This document shows positions 19,899 to 29,555 of a stretch of DNA of 42,871 nucleotides, in pieces; positions within the stretch are counted from its first letter, which is position 1, and the number at the start of each line of letters is the position of its first letter. Origin of the DNA: Candidatus Phoenicimicrobium oleiphilum (GTDB lineage: Bacteria; Atribacterota; Phoenicimicrobiia; Phoenicimicrobiales; Phoenicimicrobiaceae); the NCBI GenBank assembly GCA_039638295.1, contig JBDIWJ010000010.1, forward strand, positions 1 to 42,871, read 5' to 3'. The notes under the pieces were generated by a model. It searched no databases. It was not told where the DNA came from and was given only the letters and a program-made list of their open reading frames with translations. The position numbers were made by a program, and so were the translations under genes.

Positions 19899-20603
19899 CT
19901 ATTTTTTAGTCTTTTCTTCTAAAAGGATAGAACTGACTTTAGATTGGATAAGTTTTGAATCGGTAAAGTCAATTAAAACTTTTTCTGCTCCAAAATTTTT
20001 ACTTAAAGCTTCCAGAGTTTGGCGAGCAGAATTCTGTACTTCTGAACGCATTTTTCTGACTAAATTATCCGCCATCTGAGTTGCCTGACATTTTGCCTCT
20101 TCGATAAGTAAATTTTTATCCTCTTCATTGAACCCTGAACCAAAAGCTCGATTTAAGAGATCAGGTAGCAGCCAGGGAAGAAATTTCGCATTCTGTTCAT
20201 CATAAAAACTTATATCTCTGATATGAACTTCATAAAAGCATTGAGGCATTTTTAAACGATACTTCTTTTCTCCTTGTTCCTCAATAATAAAATCTGGACT
20301 ACGAAGATCATATCTAAAATCTATATCGAATTCGAAAATCATTGCCATCTTTTTAGTCGAAACTAACCATTGAAAATATTTTTTCCCTTTTTCTCCCAAC
20401 CAATGCTTCGAAGTAGTAACAATCTCCTTAGTAATAACTTTAAATACCACTAATTCTCCCACTGAACGAAGATCTTCAAGTGATGCATGTATTCTAATTT
20501 CTCTTCCTGGTGCACTGTATTTTAATTTAAAAATCCAAAATAAAATAAATATTACCACTGCTATACCGAATCCAATTAGCCCGGAAATAAACATCATTTG
20601 CAT
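19899..20603 (-). CDS. DUF4230-like membrane-anchored protein
   Basis: N-terminal TM helix; LRSVGELV and IDFRYDL patterns. Confidence 0.6.
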   Translation of the reverse strand: MQMMFISGLIGFGIAVVIFILFWIFKLKYSAPGREIRIHASLEDLRSVGELVVFKVITKEIVTTSKHWLGEKGKKYFQWLVSTKKMAMIFEFDIDFRYDLRSPDFIIEEQGEKKYRLKMPQCFYEVHIRDISFYDEQNAKFLPWLLPDLLNRAFGSGFNEEDKNLLIEEAKCQATQMADNLVRKMRSEVQNSARQTLEALSKNFGAEKVLIDFTDSKLIQSKVSSILLEEKTKK

Positions 20604-20634
20604 ATTATCACTCTCCTTATTTATTTTGAGTTAA

Positions 20635-20711
20635 CACCCCCTTAAACCTCCTCCTTGAAGAGGAAAATTTAAGTAGGGGTGAAAAGAGAGAAGGGGCGAA
20701 TCATCCGCCCT
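20635..20711. repeat. Imperfect hairpin plus degenerate GTAG-type REP
   Basis: CACCCC-CTTAAA...TTTAAG-TA-GGGGTG hairpin, then GAAGGGGCGAATCATCCGCCCT. Confidence 0.4.
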
Positions 20712-20724
20712 AAAAAGGGTTTAT

Positions 20725-22782
20725 TTATGTTTTTAGGTATTGGTATTTATACAACTCATTGTAATAGCCTCGTTTTGAGAGTAATTGAGAATGATTTCCC
20801 ATTTCTACAATTTTACCTTTACGCATAACATATATTCTATCAGCACCTTGAATGGTAGACAAGCGATGGGCGATGGCAATACTGCTCCTGTCTTTCATAA
20901 TCTTTTTTATGGCATCCTGAATAAGATATTCAGTTTCACTGTCTATACTGCTGGTGGCCTCATCAAGAATGAGTATTCTAGGTTCTTTAGCTAGTGCTCG
21001 AGCAAATGCAATGAGTTGCCTCTGGCCAGTAGAAAGATTTGACCCGCCTTCAGAGATAACATTCTTATACTTCTTCTTCAATCTACTGATAAAATTATGA
21101 GCATTAACATATTTTGCATACTCAATCACCTTATTCTCCTCTATCTCATTATTGAGTATAATATTATATTTGATATCTCCAGAAAACATAAAAACATCTT
21201 GCAGAACTAACCCAAAATAGTTTCTCAAAAACTTTAAATCCATATCTTTTATGTTAATTCCGTCAATTAAAATTTCCCCGTCAGTAGGGTCATAAAATCT
21301 CAAAAGAAGATTTATTAATGTCGTCTTCCCTGCTCCAGTTGCCCCTACAAAAGCCACTGATTCATTGGGTTCTACCACAAAAGACACGTTATCAATAACT
21401 TTTTCACCTTCTTTATACTCAAAAGATACATTTCTGAACTCTACTCTTCCTTCTATTTTTCCGGGATATTTAGGACTCCTGGGAGAACGTATTTTGTCGT
21501 CCTCCTCAAAAAGCAAAAATATTCGTTCCGCTGAAGCCATTGCTGATTGTAATATATTATATCTTTCGGAAAAATCAAATATGGGTCTAAAAAACATATG
21601 GATATAGGATATAAAGGCAATAAGCACACCCAGGGAAACTTCTCCTATCAGCACTCCTTTCCCTCCAAAATATATTATTGTTCCCAGGGTAAAATAAGAC
21701 AAAATATCAATTAAGGGCCGGAATATGGCAAATATCAACAATTGATGCATATTGGCATTGTAATAATTCTTGCCAATTTTATTAAATTCATCCTCTGATC
21801 TGCCTTCTTGATTAAAGGTCTGGATAAGCAAAACCCCTGCTATTGCTTCTGATAAAAAACTATTCACTTTAGCCAGGGCAATTCTTACTTTCCCATAGGC
21901 CTCTCGGGCATATTTCTGAAAAAGATAGAGAATAACAACAAGTATAGGTAAAAGAACGAAAATTATTAAACTCAACTGAGGTGATAACCTGAATATTACA
22001 ATGAGTATACCAATCACCATAATGAAATCTTTAGCAGAATAAACAAATACATCGGTAAACATTTCCCTCAAGGCATCCACATCGTTAGTAACCCTGGTTA
22101 CTAATCTTCCGATAGGATTATTATTAAAAAAGTTCAAAGAAAGAGACATTAAATGTCTCATCAGATTACTCCTTAAATCATACATCACTCTTTCACTGAC
22201 TACAGCCATCATAACTACCTGGAGATAATTGAAAACAAAAGATATCAGAAGAAGCCCCACATATAAGAGGGCAAATAGTTTTACCATCTTCAAATCATCA
22301 TATCTTAAAGTTTTAATTTTATCTGAAGGAATTTTCTGCATTTCTGAGTAAGGGATAAAATTGCCCTTATCTGTCTTAATGATATTAAGTTGAAATTGCT
22401 CTAACTCATCCAAATTATCTCGGCCTTTAATTATTAAATACTTTTCTGGCAAGATAAGTGAATCTCTCTGCAATTCCAGATATTCTTCTTTATTCAGTAA
22501 GTTTGAAGGTAGAAAAATAATATTATCAGACATAACTCGATAAGCTTTGTATCTATCAGTAATCTCAATCGACCGGTCATTGAAGACTAATTTTAGATAA
22601 CTCCTCTCAATATAATTATCCACCACATTTTTAGTTATTAAGGGAAGGACAATTTGTATACCGCTTATAGCCAGAATAAGAATGAATATGACCAGAATCT
22701 TCCCTCCATATGGTCTTCCATATTGCCATAATTTAGAAAATATTTTTCTATCCAGACCAGAGTATAATTTTTCTTCTTTCAT
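20725..22782 (-). CDS. ABC exporter, fused permease/ATPase (heterodimer subunit)
   Basis: TMD plus GATGAGKT, LSTGQRQ, LDEATS. Confidence 0.93.
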   Translation of the reverse strand: MKEEKLYSGLDRKIFSKLWQYGRPYGGKILVIFILILAISGIQIVLPLITKNVVDNYIERSYLKLVFNDRSIEITDRYKAYRVMSDNIIFLPSNLLNKEEYLELQRDSLILPEKYLIIKGRDNLDELEQFQLNIIKTDKGNFIPYSEMQKIPSDKIKTLRYDDLKMVKLFALLYVGLLLISFVFNYLQVVMMAVVSERVMYDLRSNLMRHLMSLSLNFFNNNPIGRLVTRVTNDVDALREMFTDVFVYSAKDFIMVIGILIVIFRLSPQLSLIIFVLLPILVVILYLFQKYAREAYGKVRIALAKVNSFLSEAIAGVLLIQTFNQEGRSEDEFNKIGKNYYNANMHQLLIFAIFRPLIDILSYFTLGTIIYFGGKGVLIGEVSLGVLIAFISYIHMFFRPIFDFSERYNILQSAMASAERIFLLFEEDDKIRSPRSPKYPGKIEGRVEFRNVSFEYKEGEKVIDNVSFVVEPNESVAFVGATGAGKTTLINLLLRFYDPTDGEILIDGINIKDMDLKFLRNYFGLVLQDVFMFSGDIKYNIILNNEIEENKVIEYAKYVNAHNFISRLKKKYKNVISEGGSNLSTGQRQLIAFARALAKEPRILILDEATSSIDSETEYLIQDAIKKIMKDRSSIAIAHRLSTIQGADRIYVMRKGKIVEMGNHSQLLSKRGYYNELYKYQYLKT

Positions 22783-22784
22783 CT

Positions 22785-24515
22785 TTATTCTTCCAATTTT
22801 TGAATTTTATACATACTTTTATATATATCAGATTTCTTAATCAGCTCTCGATGGGTGCCACTGTTTTCAATCCTCCCCCCATCTAGAACAAATATATTAT
22901 CTGCCTTTATAAAGGAAGATATGCGGTGTGATATTACAATGGTAGTAATACCCTTTGAATAGTTTTCTAAATTACGAAGAATCTCTTTTTCGGTATTAGT
23001 ATCAACCGCACTCAGGGCATCATCGAGAACAAGTATTTGGGGTCTTCTGATAATCGCCCGGGCAATACACAACCTCTGTTTTTGACCACCGGATAGAGTT
23101 ACCCCCTTCTCACCCACTACTGTTTTATACTTATCTTTTAATTCCATTATATTCTTATGTATAGAAGCAACTCTGCAAGCCTCTATTATCTCTTCTAAAA
23201 TGGCATCGGGTTTACCAAATCTGACATTATCTTCTATAGTATCTGAAAAAAGAAAAGAATCCTGAGGGACATATCCTATACTATCCCTTACTGCTGCTAT
23301 CTTTACCTTTTTATAATTTATAGAATCATAAAAGATTTCCCCTTTTTGAGGTTCGACGATTCTTAAAATTAATCTGGCTATTATGCTTTTCCCGGAACCT
23401 ATTCTTCCACATATCCCTATATACTGCCCCTCCTTTATATCTATGTTTATATTCTCCAGAACAGTCTGTTCCCCATAAGAAAAGTAGATATTCTCCAGCT
23501 TTATGTTACCTTTTAAGGGATGATACTCTGCACGAGGAGAATCATAAATAACCGGTTTTTCTTTAAATAGTTCCAGTATTCGTTTATAAGAAGCGTTTCC
23601 TCGCTGGTATACATTAGTCACCATTCCAACTGCCATCATAGGCCAGACAATAATCCCCATATAAGAAAAGAAGGCAACTAATTCACCAGTAGTGAGCTCA
23701 TTAAGGATAACCTGTTGACCTCCTACCCAGAGAATTATTGCGATTCCGATCTCGGCAAACAAGGCTATCAAGGGGAACATAGTCCCCCAAATTTTTATAA
23801 GAGAAATATTTTTCTTCAAATATTCCTGGCTTAATTTATCAAAATTTTTAGATTCTGGCTCTTCTTGTTGAAATGCTTGAATAATCTTTATTCCAGATAT
23901 CATTTCACGGACTTTTTCAGTTAATAGAGAAAATGTTTCCTGTACACTTTTAAATTTCCTGAATAACAGTCTTACAAAGAACAAGGATATAAGTGAAATG
24001 ATAGGGAGAGGAATCAAGGCATAAAGAGTAAGTTTTGTATTAAGAGTTAACATAAATATAAGAGTAGCCGAAAAAAGAAAGACGGCATCAAAACCAGCAA
24101 TAACCCCAAAGGAACAGGCCCTTCTTACTGCCGACATATCATTGGTCATATGTGCCATAATATCCCCAATCTTTGTCCTGGTGAAAAAAGAATTGGAGAG
24201 TAAAAGCAGATGTTTAAACAGTCTGTTCTTAAAATCCATTTCGATAAAATGGGACATCCCTATAATAATCATTCTCCAGAAAAATCTAAAAATTCCGATG
24301 GCTATCGCCAGGGCAAAGATTAAGAGAGTAAACTTCCCAAGATAAGAATAATTATTCCCAGCAGTAGTGTAAGTAGTAATAATATAATCTATCGCTCGTT
24401 GGACTATACGGGGAGAGACAAGCTGGGCAATATCCACTGCTACCAGCATAAGAAATCCAAACAACATCTTAAGAGGAGCTTTTTTGTAATAGGAAATAAT
24501 AAATTTAATTAACAT
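22785..24515 (-). CDS. ABC exporter, fused permease/ATPase (degenerate-site subunit)
   Basis: TMD plus GRIGSGKS, LSGGQKQ, LDDALS (Asp in place of the catalytic Glu). Confidence 0.93.
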   Translation of the reverse strand: MLIKFIISYYKKAPLKMLFGFLMLVAVDIAQLVSPRIVQRAIDYIITTYTTAGNNYSYLGKFTLLIFALAIAIGIFRFFWRMIIIGMSHFIEMDFKNRLFKHLLLLSNSFFTRTKIGDIMAHMTNDMSAVRRACSFGVIAGFDAVFLFSATLIFMLTLNTKLTLYALIPLPIISLISLFFVRLLFRKFKSVQETFSLLTEKVREMISGIKIIQAFQQEEPESKNFDKLSQEYLKKNISLIKIWGTMFPLIALFAEIGIAIILWVGGQQVILNELTTGELVAFFSYMGIIVWPMMAVGMVTNVYQRGNASYKRILELFKEKPVIYDSPRAEYHPLKGNIKLENIYFSYGEQTVLENINIDIKEGQYIGICGRIGSGKSIIARLILRIVEPQKGEIFYDSINYKKVKIAAVRDSIGYVPQDSFLFSDTIEDNVRFGKPDAILEEIIEACRVASIHKNIMELKDKYKTVVGEKGVTLSGGQKQRLCIARAIIRRPQILVLDDALSAVDTNTEKEILRNLENYSKGITTIVISHRISSFIKADNIFVLDGGRIENSGTHRELIKKSDIYKSMYKIQKLEE

Positions 24516-24533
24516 AAATTAATAATATAATGT

Positions 24534-24626
24534 CAAGATTGTCAGGGGAGCGAACTCCCCTGAAACCCCTCCATTTCTTTTTTTACTCCATTTCGGTTTT
24601 ATATAAAACTTTTCCTGACAATCTTG
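24534..24626. mobile_element. MITE-like 93-bp element with 13-bp terminal inverted repeats
   Basis: CAAGATTGTCAGG...CCTGACAATCTTG; internal 9-bp hairpin TCAGGGGAG-CGAA-CTCCCCTGA; no clear TSD. Confidence 0.5.
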
Positions 24627-24661
24627 TTAGAATCTATTTTTTTTAAAAAGTATCCCTGTAA

Positions 24662-24692
24662 GAGCATCGGAATTTTTGAAATTCCGATGCTC
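24662..24692. other. Perfect 14-bp inverted repeat
   Basis: GAGCATCGGAATTT-TTG-AAATTCCGATGCTC; no adjacent U-tract. Confidence 0.7.
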
Positions 24693-24881
24693 AAATATAA
24701 TAAAAAAGAAATAGTAACTATTTAATTGTATTAATCGCTATGTCATATATAATATCTTCGGTGCATTTCAAATTATTATAAATATACTTTACCAAAAAAG
24801 AAATGAAATGACAAATAATCTAACATATCTCCATATGAATTAGAAAATTATTTCTAACTTGCAAAAAAGAGAAAAGAGGAT

Positions 24882-24981
24882 GGAGGAATCTCAGATATTA
24901 TAGTAGTTTGGGCTTCGCCAGATATTGTCAGGTTTTAAACATAAACAATAAATCGCAAAGCCCATACTTTAGAATTACTCC
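24882..24981 (-). other. 100-nt irregular stem-loop, candidate structured RNA
   Basis: Nested stems GGAG.AATT/GATT.CTCC, AGTA/TACT, TGGGCTTTGC/GCGAAGCCCA and TATTGT/ACAATA; G-U pairs favour the minus strand. Confidence 0.4.
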
Positions 24982-24997
24982 TATATAATTACTAACT

Positions 24998-25330
24998 TTA
25001 TTTTGCGCCTACCTCATCCAGTACTTCAAGAAGAACCGCTGCGGCGTAAGTTGCGGCTGGTCCACCGGCCATCATCACAGAAACACCGGCAGCTTCTAAA
25101 ATCTCTGCTCTGCTCGCTCCGGCTTCTACTGCTTTTGGCACATGAAAACGGATACAGTATTCACAGGTTAGACCGACTGCCAGAGCTACTGCTATTAATT
25201 CTTTGGTCTTGGTACCGAGAGCACCATCTTTTAAAACTTCTGCACTAAATTTTCTAAAACTACCCATTACTCCCGGTATTTCCTTTCCTAATTTTCCTAA
25301 TTGAGCTCCTACATTTACTTTCTCACTCAT
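24998..25330 (-). CDS. Carboxymuconolactone decarboxylase/AhpD-family protein
   Basis: GALGTKTKELIAVAL, CEYCIRFH (CxxC), GASRAEILE, MAGGP. Confidence 0.9.
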   Translation of the reverse strand: MSEKVNVGAQLGKLGKEIPGVMGSFRKFSAEVLKDGALGTKTKELIAVALAVGLTCEYCIRFHVPKAVEAGASRAEILEAAGVSVMMAGGPAATYAAAVLLEVLDEVGAK

Positions 25331-25413
25331 CTTATCATCTCCTGTCTACTTTCTATTGTAATCATGCTTTTTATTTTACAACTTTTTGTGATAAATCCAT
25401 CGATTATAACCGT

Positions 25414-25929
25414 CTACTGTTCTGTTGACACAGGAACAGTAAATACGCGGGCAGCTAAATCTTTATCCAACATCAAAAGCCCTCTGCCATCTTCCCCGAT
25501 AAATTTTAATTTTTGGATAATCTCAGCAGGGTTTGCTTCTTCCTCAACCTGTTCAATCACATACCAATGCAGGAAAGATTCGGTAGCATAATCATTCTCT
25601 TCCCGCGCCAGTTTAACCAAGTTATTAATCATAGCGGTTACCCCTTTTTCGTGTTCCAGGGTCTTTTCAAACAGATCAAGCATAGAAGAAAAATTTGTCG
25701 GAGGTTGTTCAATAGCTTCCAGCAATACCCTACCTCCCTGTTGATTCACGTAATTATACATTTTCTCGGCATGAAACATTTCTTCCTGCATTTGAACTGT
25801 GAACCAGTTGGCAAATCCGTTTAAACCCTCCGCGGCAGCATAGGAGGCCATGGAAAGATATAGGTAAGCAGAATAATACTCTCTATTTATCTGGTGATTT
25901 ATGCTTTTTACCATTTTTCCACTTAACAT
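25414..25929 (-). CDS. ftnA: Ferritin (non-heme)
   Basis: QINREYYSAYLY, EEMFHA, EHE and EQVEEE ferroxidase motifs. ATG 25929 follows AAGGAG. Confidence 0.93.
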   Translation of the reverse strand: MLSGKMVKSINHQINREYYSAYLYLSMASYAAAEGLNGFANWFTVQMQEEMFHAEKMYNYVNQQGGRVLLEAIEQPPTNFSSMLDLFEKTLEHEKGVTAMINNLVKLAREENDYATESFLHWYVIEQVEEEANPAEIIQKLKFIGEDGRGLLMLDKDLAARVFTVPVSTEQ

Positions 25930-25951
25930 AAAAATCTCCTTTCTATTTTTC

Positions 25952-25986
25952 AAAATGCACCAGAGAACCATCCACTGGCGCATTTT
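25952..25986. repeat. AGAACC(G/A)TCC-type palindromic repeat, copy 3
   Basis: AAAATGCACCAG-AGAACCATCCA-CTGGCGCATTTT abutting the rubrerythrin stop codon. Confidence 0.65.
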
Positions 25987-26523
25987 TTAATAATTTTCAA
26001 CTTTTACTTCATAATAAGCTCGGGGGTGCTTGCATACCGGGCAGACTTCGGGTGCCTCAGCCCCTTCATAGATATTACCGCAATTTCGGCATTTCCAGAC
26101 AGTCTTTTCTTCTTTTTTAAATACTTTATCCTCTTCTATATTTTTTAGTAGTTTTCGATAACGTTCTTCGTGCCTCTTTTCAATTTCAGCAATCCCCTCA
26201 AATATCTTAGCAATCTCTTCAAACCCTTCTTCTCTGGCTTCTTTAGCCATGCGAGGATACATTTCCGTCCATTCGAAATTTTCACCGGCTGCTGCGGCCT
26301 TTAGATTATCAATAGTGCTTCCGATTCCTGCTAATTTTTTAAAAGAAAGTTTGGCATGTTCCTTTTCATTTTCAGCTGTTTCTAAAAAAAATGAAGCAAT
26401 CTGTTCATATCCTTCTTTTTTGGCAACAGAAGCAAAATAAGTATATTTGTTTCTTGCCTGGGATTCCCCGGCAAAAGCTTCCATTAAATTTTTTTCAGTC
26501 TTTGTTCCTTTTAAATCTTTCAT
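25987..26523 (-). CDS. rbr: Rubrerythrin
   Basis: [24 protein letters not shown] and C-terminal CRNCG...CPVC. Confidence 0.95.
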   Translation of the reverse strand: MKDLKGTKTEKNLMEAFAGESQARNKYTYFASVAKKEGYEQIASFFLETAENEKEHAKLSFKKLAGIGSTIDNLKAAAAGENFEWTEMYPRMAKEAREEGFEEIAKIFEGIAEIEKRHEERYRKLLKNIEEDKVFKKEEKTVWKCRNCGNIYEGAEAPEVCPVCKHPRAYYEVKVENY

Positions 26524-26594
26524 TTTTCGTCCTCCTAAAATGTTTATTTAAAATATAGTTTTAAACCTACTTACTTATGGTTATTTCTTAAAAA

Positions 26595-26685
26595 GTTATA
26601 ATTATGTTGTAGGAGCACAATGAACTGTGCCCTCACCATATTATTAACTAATTTCTCTTGTGGGCACGATACATCGTGCCTCTAT
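26595..26685. repeat. GTAG-type REP doublet (REPIN-like), copy A
   Basis: GTAG-GAGCACAATGAACTGTGCCC ... GGGCACGATACATCGTGCCT-CTAT; near-duplicate at 30929-31021. Confidence 0.75.
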
Positions 26686-26723
26686 ATTAATTACTATTTT
26701 TTTATTTTTTGAGCTATAAACAC

Positions 26724-27899
26724 TTATAAATCTTTATGTTTTTCTGCTATTCTCTCGGCTAATTTTATTAAAGAATTATAATCTTCTTCTTTGGGGTATC
26801 CCTTAGCTATCACCGGTGAAAGAATCTCTACTTTTAAATTGCCAACCATCGCGCTAATATCTTCCAGCATCTTTCCTCCCCATCCGTAAGAACCGATAAC
26901 CGAGGCATATCTTAACTTTGGCCTTAACGCATTGGCCAGATAGACTACTGAAACTACCTGGGGATGTGCGCCGGTTAAAACCGTAGGTGAGGCAATTACG
27001 ATGGTGGCAGCATCCACTAAAGCTATAGCTAATGCACCTATATCGGTCTTGGAAAGATTAAAGGGTTTTACAGTTATCCCCTTTCTCATTAATTCTTCAG
27101 CTAAGATATACACCATTTCCTCGACACTACCATGCATGGAAACATAAGGAATGATTACTACATTCTCCACCTCATCGGAAATCCATTCTCTGTAAGCCGA
27201 CAGAATAAATTCCGGATGAGAATAGATCTGGCCATGACTGGGGGCAATGGTTTTAATCTCCAATTCTTTCAGTCTCTCCAAATGTTTTTTAATATTACTG
27301 CGGAAGGGCATCATAATCTCCGCATAATAACGTTTGGCGGCAAAGTAAACTTTAGACTCATCATCCACCCATAAATTACTCTCGGCAAGATGTGCCCCGA
27401 ACAGGTCACAGCTGAACAAAATCTTGTCTTCTTCTAAATAAGTTAGCATAGTTTCCGGCCAATGCGCCCAGGGAGCAAATATAAACCTGAGGGTTTTTCC
27501 TCCTAAAGAGAGAGTATCATTATCCTTTACGGTCATAATCCTATCTTCCGCTACAAGAAGATGTTCCATTAGCATTCTCTTGCATTTTTCGTTGGTGACC
27601 ACTTTTGCTTCCGAATATAATTCTAACATCAGAGGAATAGCCCCGGAATGGTCCTGTTCTGCATGGTTCGCCACAATATAGTCCAACTGCTCTATCTCTA
27701 AATCGTCCAAATTATCCAATAGATCATCTTCTTTGGTCGGGTCAACTGTATCGATTAAAGCCGTCTTCTTTTGACCTTTTATCAGGTAAGCATTATAGCT
27801 GGTGCCCTCGGGGAGGGGAATAAGCTCATCAAATAACCTTCTATCCCAATCGATTGCCCCTACCCAATGAATATCTTTTTTTATTTTTTTTACAGCCAT
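26724..27899 (-). CDS. fprA: Flavodiiron protein (FprA/A-type flavoprotein, O2/NO reductase)
   Basis: GTSYNAYLI, NHAEQDHSG, HWPET, APSHG and flavodoxin-domain GSYGWGG. Confidence 0.95.
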   Translation of the reverse strand: MAVKKIKKDIHWVGAIDWDRRLFDELIPLPEGTSYNAYLIKGQKKTALIDTVDPTKEDDLLDNLDDLEIEQLDYIVANHAEQDHSGAIPLMLELYSEAKVVTNEKCKRMLMEHLLVAEDRIMTVKDNDTLSLGGKTLRFIFAPWAHWPETMLTYLEEDKILFSCDLFGAHLAESNLWVDDESKVYFAAKRYYAEIMMPFRSNIKKHLERLKELEIKTIAPSHGQIYSHPEFILSAYREWISDEVENVVIIPYVSMHGSVEEMVYILAEELMRKGITVKPFNLSKTDIGALAIALVDAATIVIASPTVLTGAHPQVVSVVYLANALRPKLRYASVIGSYGWGGKMLEDISAMVGNLKVEILSPVIAKGYPKEEDYNSLIKLAERIAEKHKDL

Positions 27900-27901
27900 C
27901 C

Positions 27902-28624
27902 CTAACTCACCTCTTCGAAATCATCTTTTCCAACACCACATACCGGGCATACCCAATCATCGGGCAGGTCTTCAAAGGGAGTTCCTGGATTTACCCCTGA
28001 TTCAGGATCGCCTTTTTTGGGTTCATAAATATACCCACAAACAGTACATTTATACTTAACCATTTTTCCTGACTCCTTTCCTTTTTTTTCTATATTTATT
28101 TTTTCCACCGATTTTTTCTCTTCCGGGATATAAGTGGGCGCGGTCTTGGGGGAGACACCTTTTTTAATCTGATGGTAATAATCATAAGTCAAAGGCTTTG
28201 CCTTTTTAATGTTCTCAGCCTGAACAACTTTCCCTAAAAATATTGTATGGGTACCCACATCCATTTCCGCAATTACTTCCGCTTCTATAAAAGCTAAAGT
28301 ATTTTCCATAATTATGGGCGAACCGGTTACTCCAATCTTATAATTTACTCCCTTAAACTTATCTTCATCTCTACCGGATTTAAAACCGAACCTTCCGATA
28401 AATTTCATATCGGTTTCTTGTTCTAATACCGAAACGGAAAAGACTTTACTTTCGTTAATAAACTCATGGGTTAAATTTTCTTTATTAATACAAACTGCAA
28501 GGGTAGCCGGCTCGGAAGTTGTCTGAAAGATTGTGTTAGCAATCTGCCCGTTTATGCGGTCTTCTTTTTTGGAACTGATTATGTATACTCCGTAACTGAT
28601 ATTGTGAAGTGCTTTTAAATCCAT
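27902..28624 (-). CDS. hrb: Flavin reductase-rubredoxin fusion (high-molecular-weight rubredoxin)
   Basis: FGFKSGRD and GTHTIFLG (flavin reductase) plus CTVCGYIY...WVCPVCG (rubredoxin). Confidence 0.9.
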   Translation of the reverse strand: MDLKALHNISYGVYIISSKKEDRINGQIANTIFQTTSEPATLAVCINKENLTHEFINESKVFSVSVLEQETDMKFIGRFGFKSGRDEDKFKGVNYKIGVTGSPIIMENTLAFIEAEVIAEMDVGTHTIFLGKVVQAENIKKAKPLTYDYYHQIKKGVSPKTAPTYIPEEKKSVEKINIEKKGKESGKMVKYKCTVCGYIYEPKKGDPESGVNPGTPFEDLPDDWVCPVCGVGKDDFEEVS

Positions 28625-28629
28625 TTTAT

Positions 28630-29016
28630 TTATCCCCTTTCTTTATGTTCCCATAATCCATGAACACTACAGTATTCTCTAATCTTTTCCAATCCTTCTA
28701 CATCTTTAAATTGAGATTCCGGCTTGTCACCCGGCATTAAAAATTTTCGGGAAGCACCTTTTTCGGTAACAACTTCAATCCACTCAATATAATGTTTTTC
28801 TTCCATAGGATGCAGGGTTGAGCCAACTACTGCCTTGATTCCGGAAGGAATCTTCTCCATTACCGGTACGTGTTTTTCGGTAGCTTGATCAGCAGTCTGT
28901 ACTTCCATCAGCTTCATTTCCTGCCCGCAGCAGACCAAGGCTCCTTTTCCCTGGTGTAATACCTCAACAATATTTCCGCAAATCTCGCATTTATAAACTT
29001 CTAACTTCTTCGTCAT
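28630..29016 (-). CDS. dfx: Desulfoferrodoxin (2Fe superoxide reductase)
   Basis: CEICGN...CCG, EKHVP, HPM..HYIEWI, CSVHGLW. Start re-called to ATG 29016 after AAGGAGG. Confidence 0.95.
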   Translation of the reverse strand: MTKKLEVYKCEICGNIVEVLHQGKGALVCCGQEMKLMEVQTADQATEKHVPVMEKIPSGIKAVVGSTLHPMEEKHYIEWIEVVTEKGASRKFLMPGDKPESQFKDVEGLEKIREYCSVHGLWEHKERG

Positions 29017-29021
29017 ATCCT

Positions 29022-29426
29022 TTACCTCCTTTTTATTATAGACTCTATGGTTATGGCTTTTAATTTTGCGATAACCTCTTTCTCTATTTCGTCTATCTTT
29101 TTCTTTAAGAGACAATCACTTACATAAGGACAGTCGTCTTTTTTAAATTTACATTCATTTAGTTTTATCGGTCCCTGAAAAATCCTCATTAAATCTATCA
29201 GGGATATTTTTTCTGGAGGAAGAGCTAAAGCAAATCCTCCACCCCTACCCTTACAGGAATTAAGCATCCTTTCTTTATTTAATATCTGTAATATTTTCCT
29301 TAAAAATGATCGGGGTATTTCTAAACATTGAACTATATGATCAACTGAAACTATGTCTTCTTTCTGTTCAGCTATACAGCAGAGTGCCCTTATGGCGTAA
29401 TCGGTATTTCTGGTAATCAGTTTCAC
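29022..29426 (-). CDS. Rrf2-family Fe-S transcriptional regulator
   Basis: [23 protein letters not shown] and three C-terminal Cys (C-x6-C-x5-C). Confidence 0.93.
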   Translation of the reverse strand: MKLITRNTDYAIRALCCIAEQKEDIVSVDHIVQCLEIPRSFLRKILQILNKERMLNSCKGRGGGFALALPPEKISLIDLMRIFQGPIKLNECKFKKDDCPYVSDCLLKKKIDEIEKEVIAKLKAITIESIIKRR

Positions 29427-29502
29427 TTATCAATTTCCCCTTAACCTTTTTATCTTGATAATAATTCTTCCGTTGTAAAAAATTTATTCTTTATTTTTTA
29501 TA

Positions 29503-29531
29503 ATGATACTATTATTGTATCATATTGTCAA
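29503..29531 (-). promoter_or_regulatory. Sigma70-type promoter with overlapping palindromic operator
   Basis: TTGACA (29531-29526), 17 bp, TATCAT (29508-29503); ATGATAC-N7-GTATCAT at 29503-29523. Confidence 0.75.
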
Positions 29532-29555
29532 ATTTATTTTTAAAAATTTCCTATT

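Noticed and set aside
24882..24981. SRP RNA, c-di-GMP riboswitch or integron attC
   Set aside because: GTCAGG is not followed by the SRP GNRA/AGCAG helix, the GEMM P1/P2 layout is absent, and there are no paired RYYYAAC/GTTRRRY boxes.
26547..26565. PerR/Fur box upstream of rubrerythrin
   Set aside because: The TTTAAAA-N5-TTTTAAA spacing does not fit the 7-1-7 consensus and is expected by chance at this AT content.
29017..29115. N-terminal extension of desulfoferrodoxin
   Set aside because: It overlaps rrf2; a strong RBS precedes ATG 29016.
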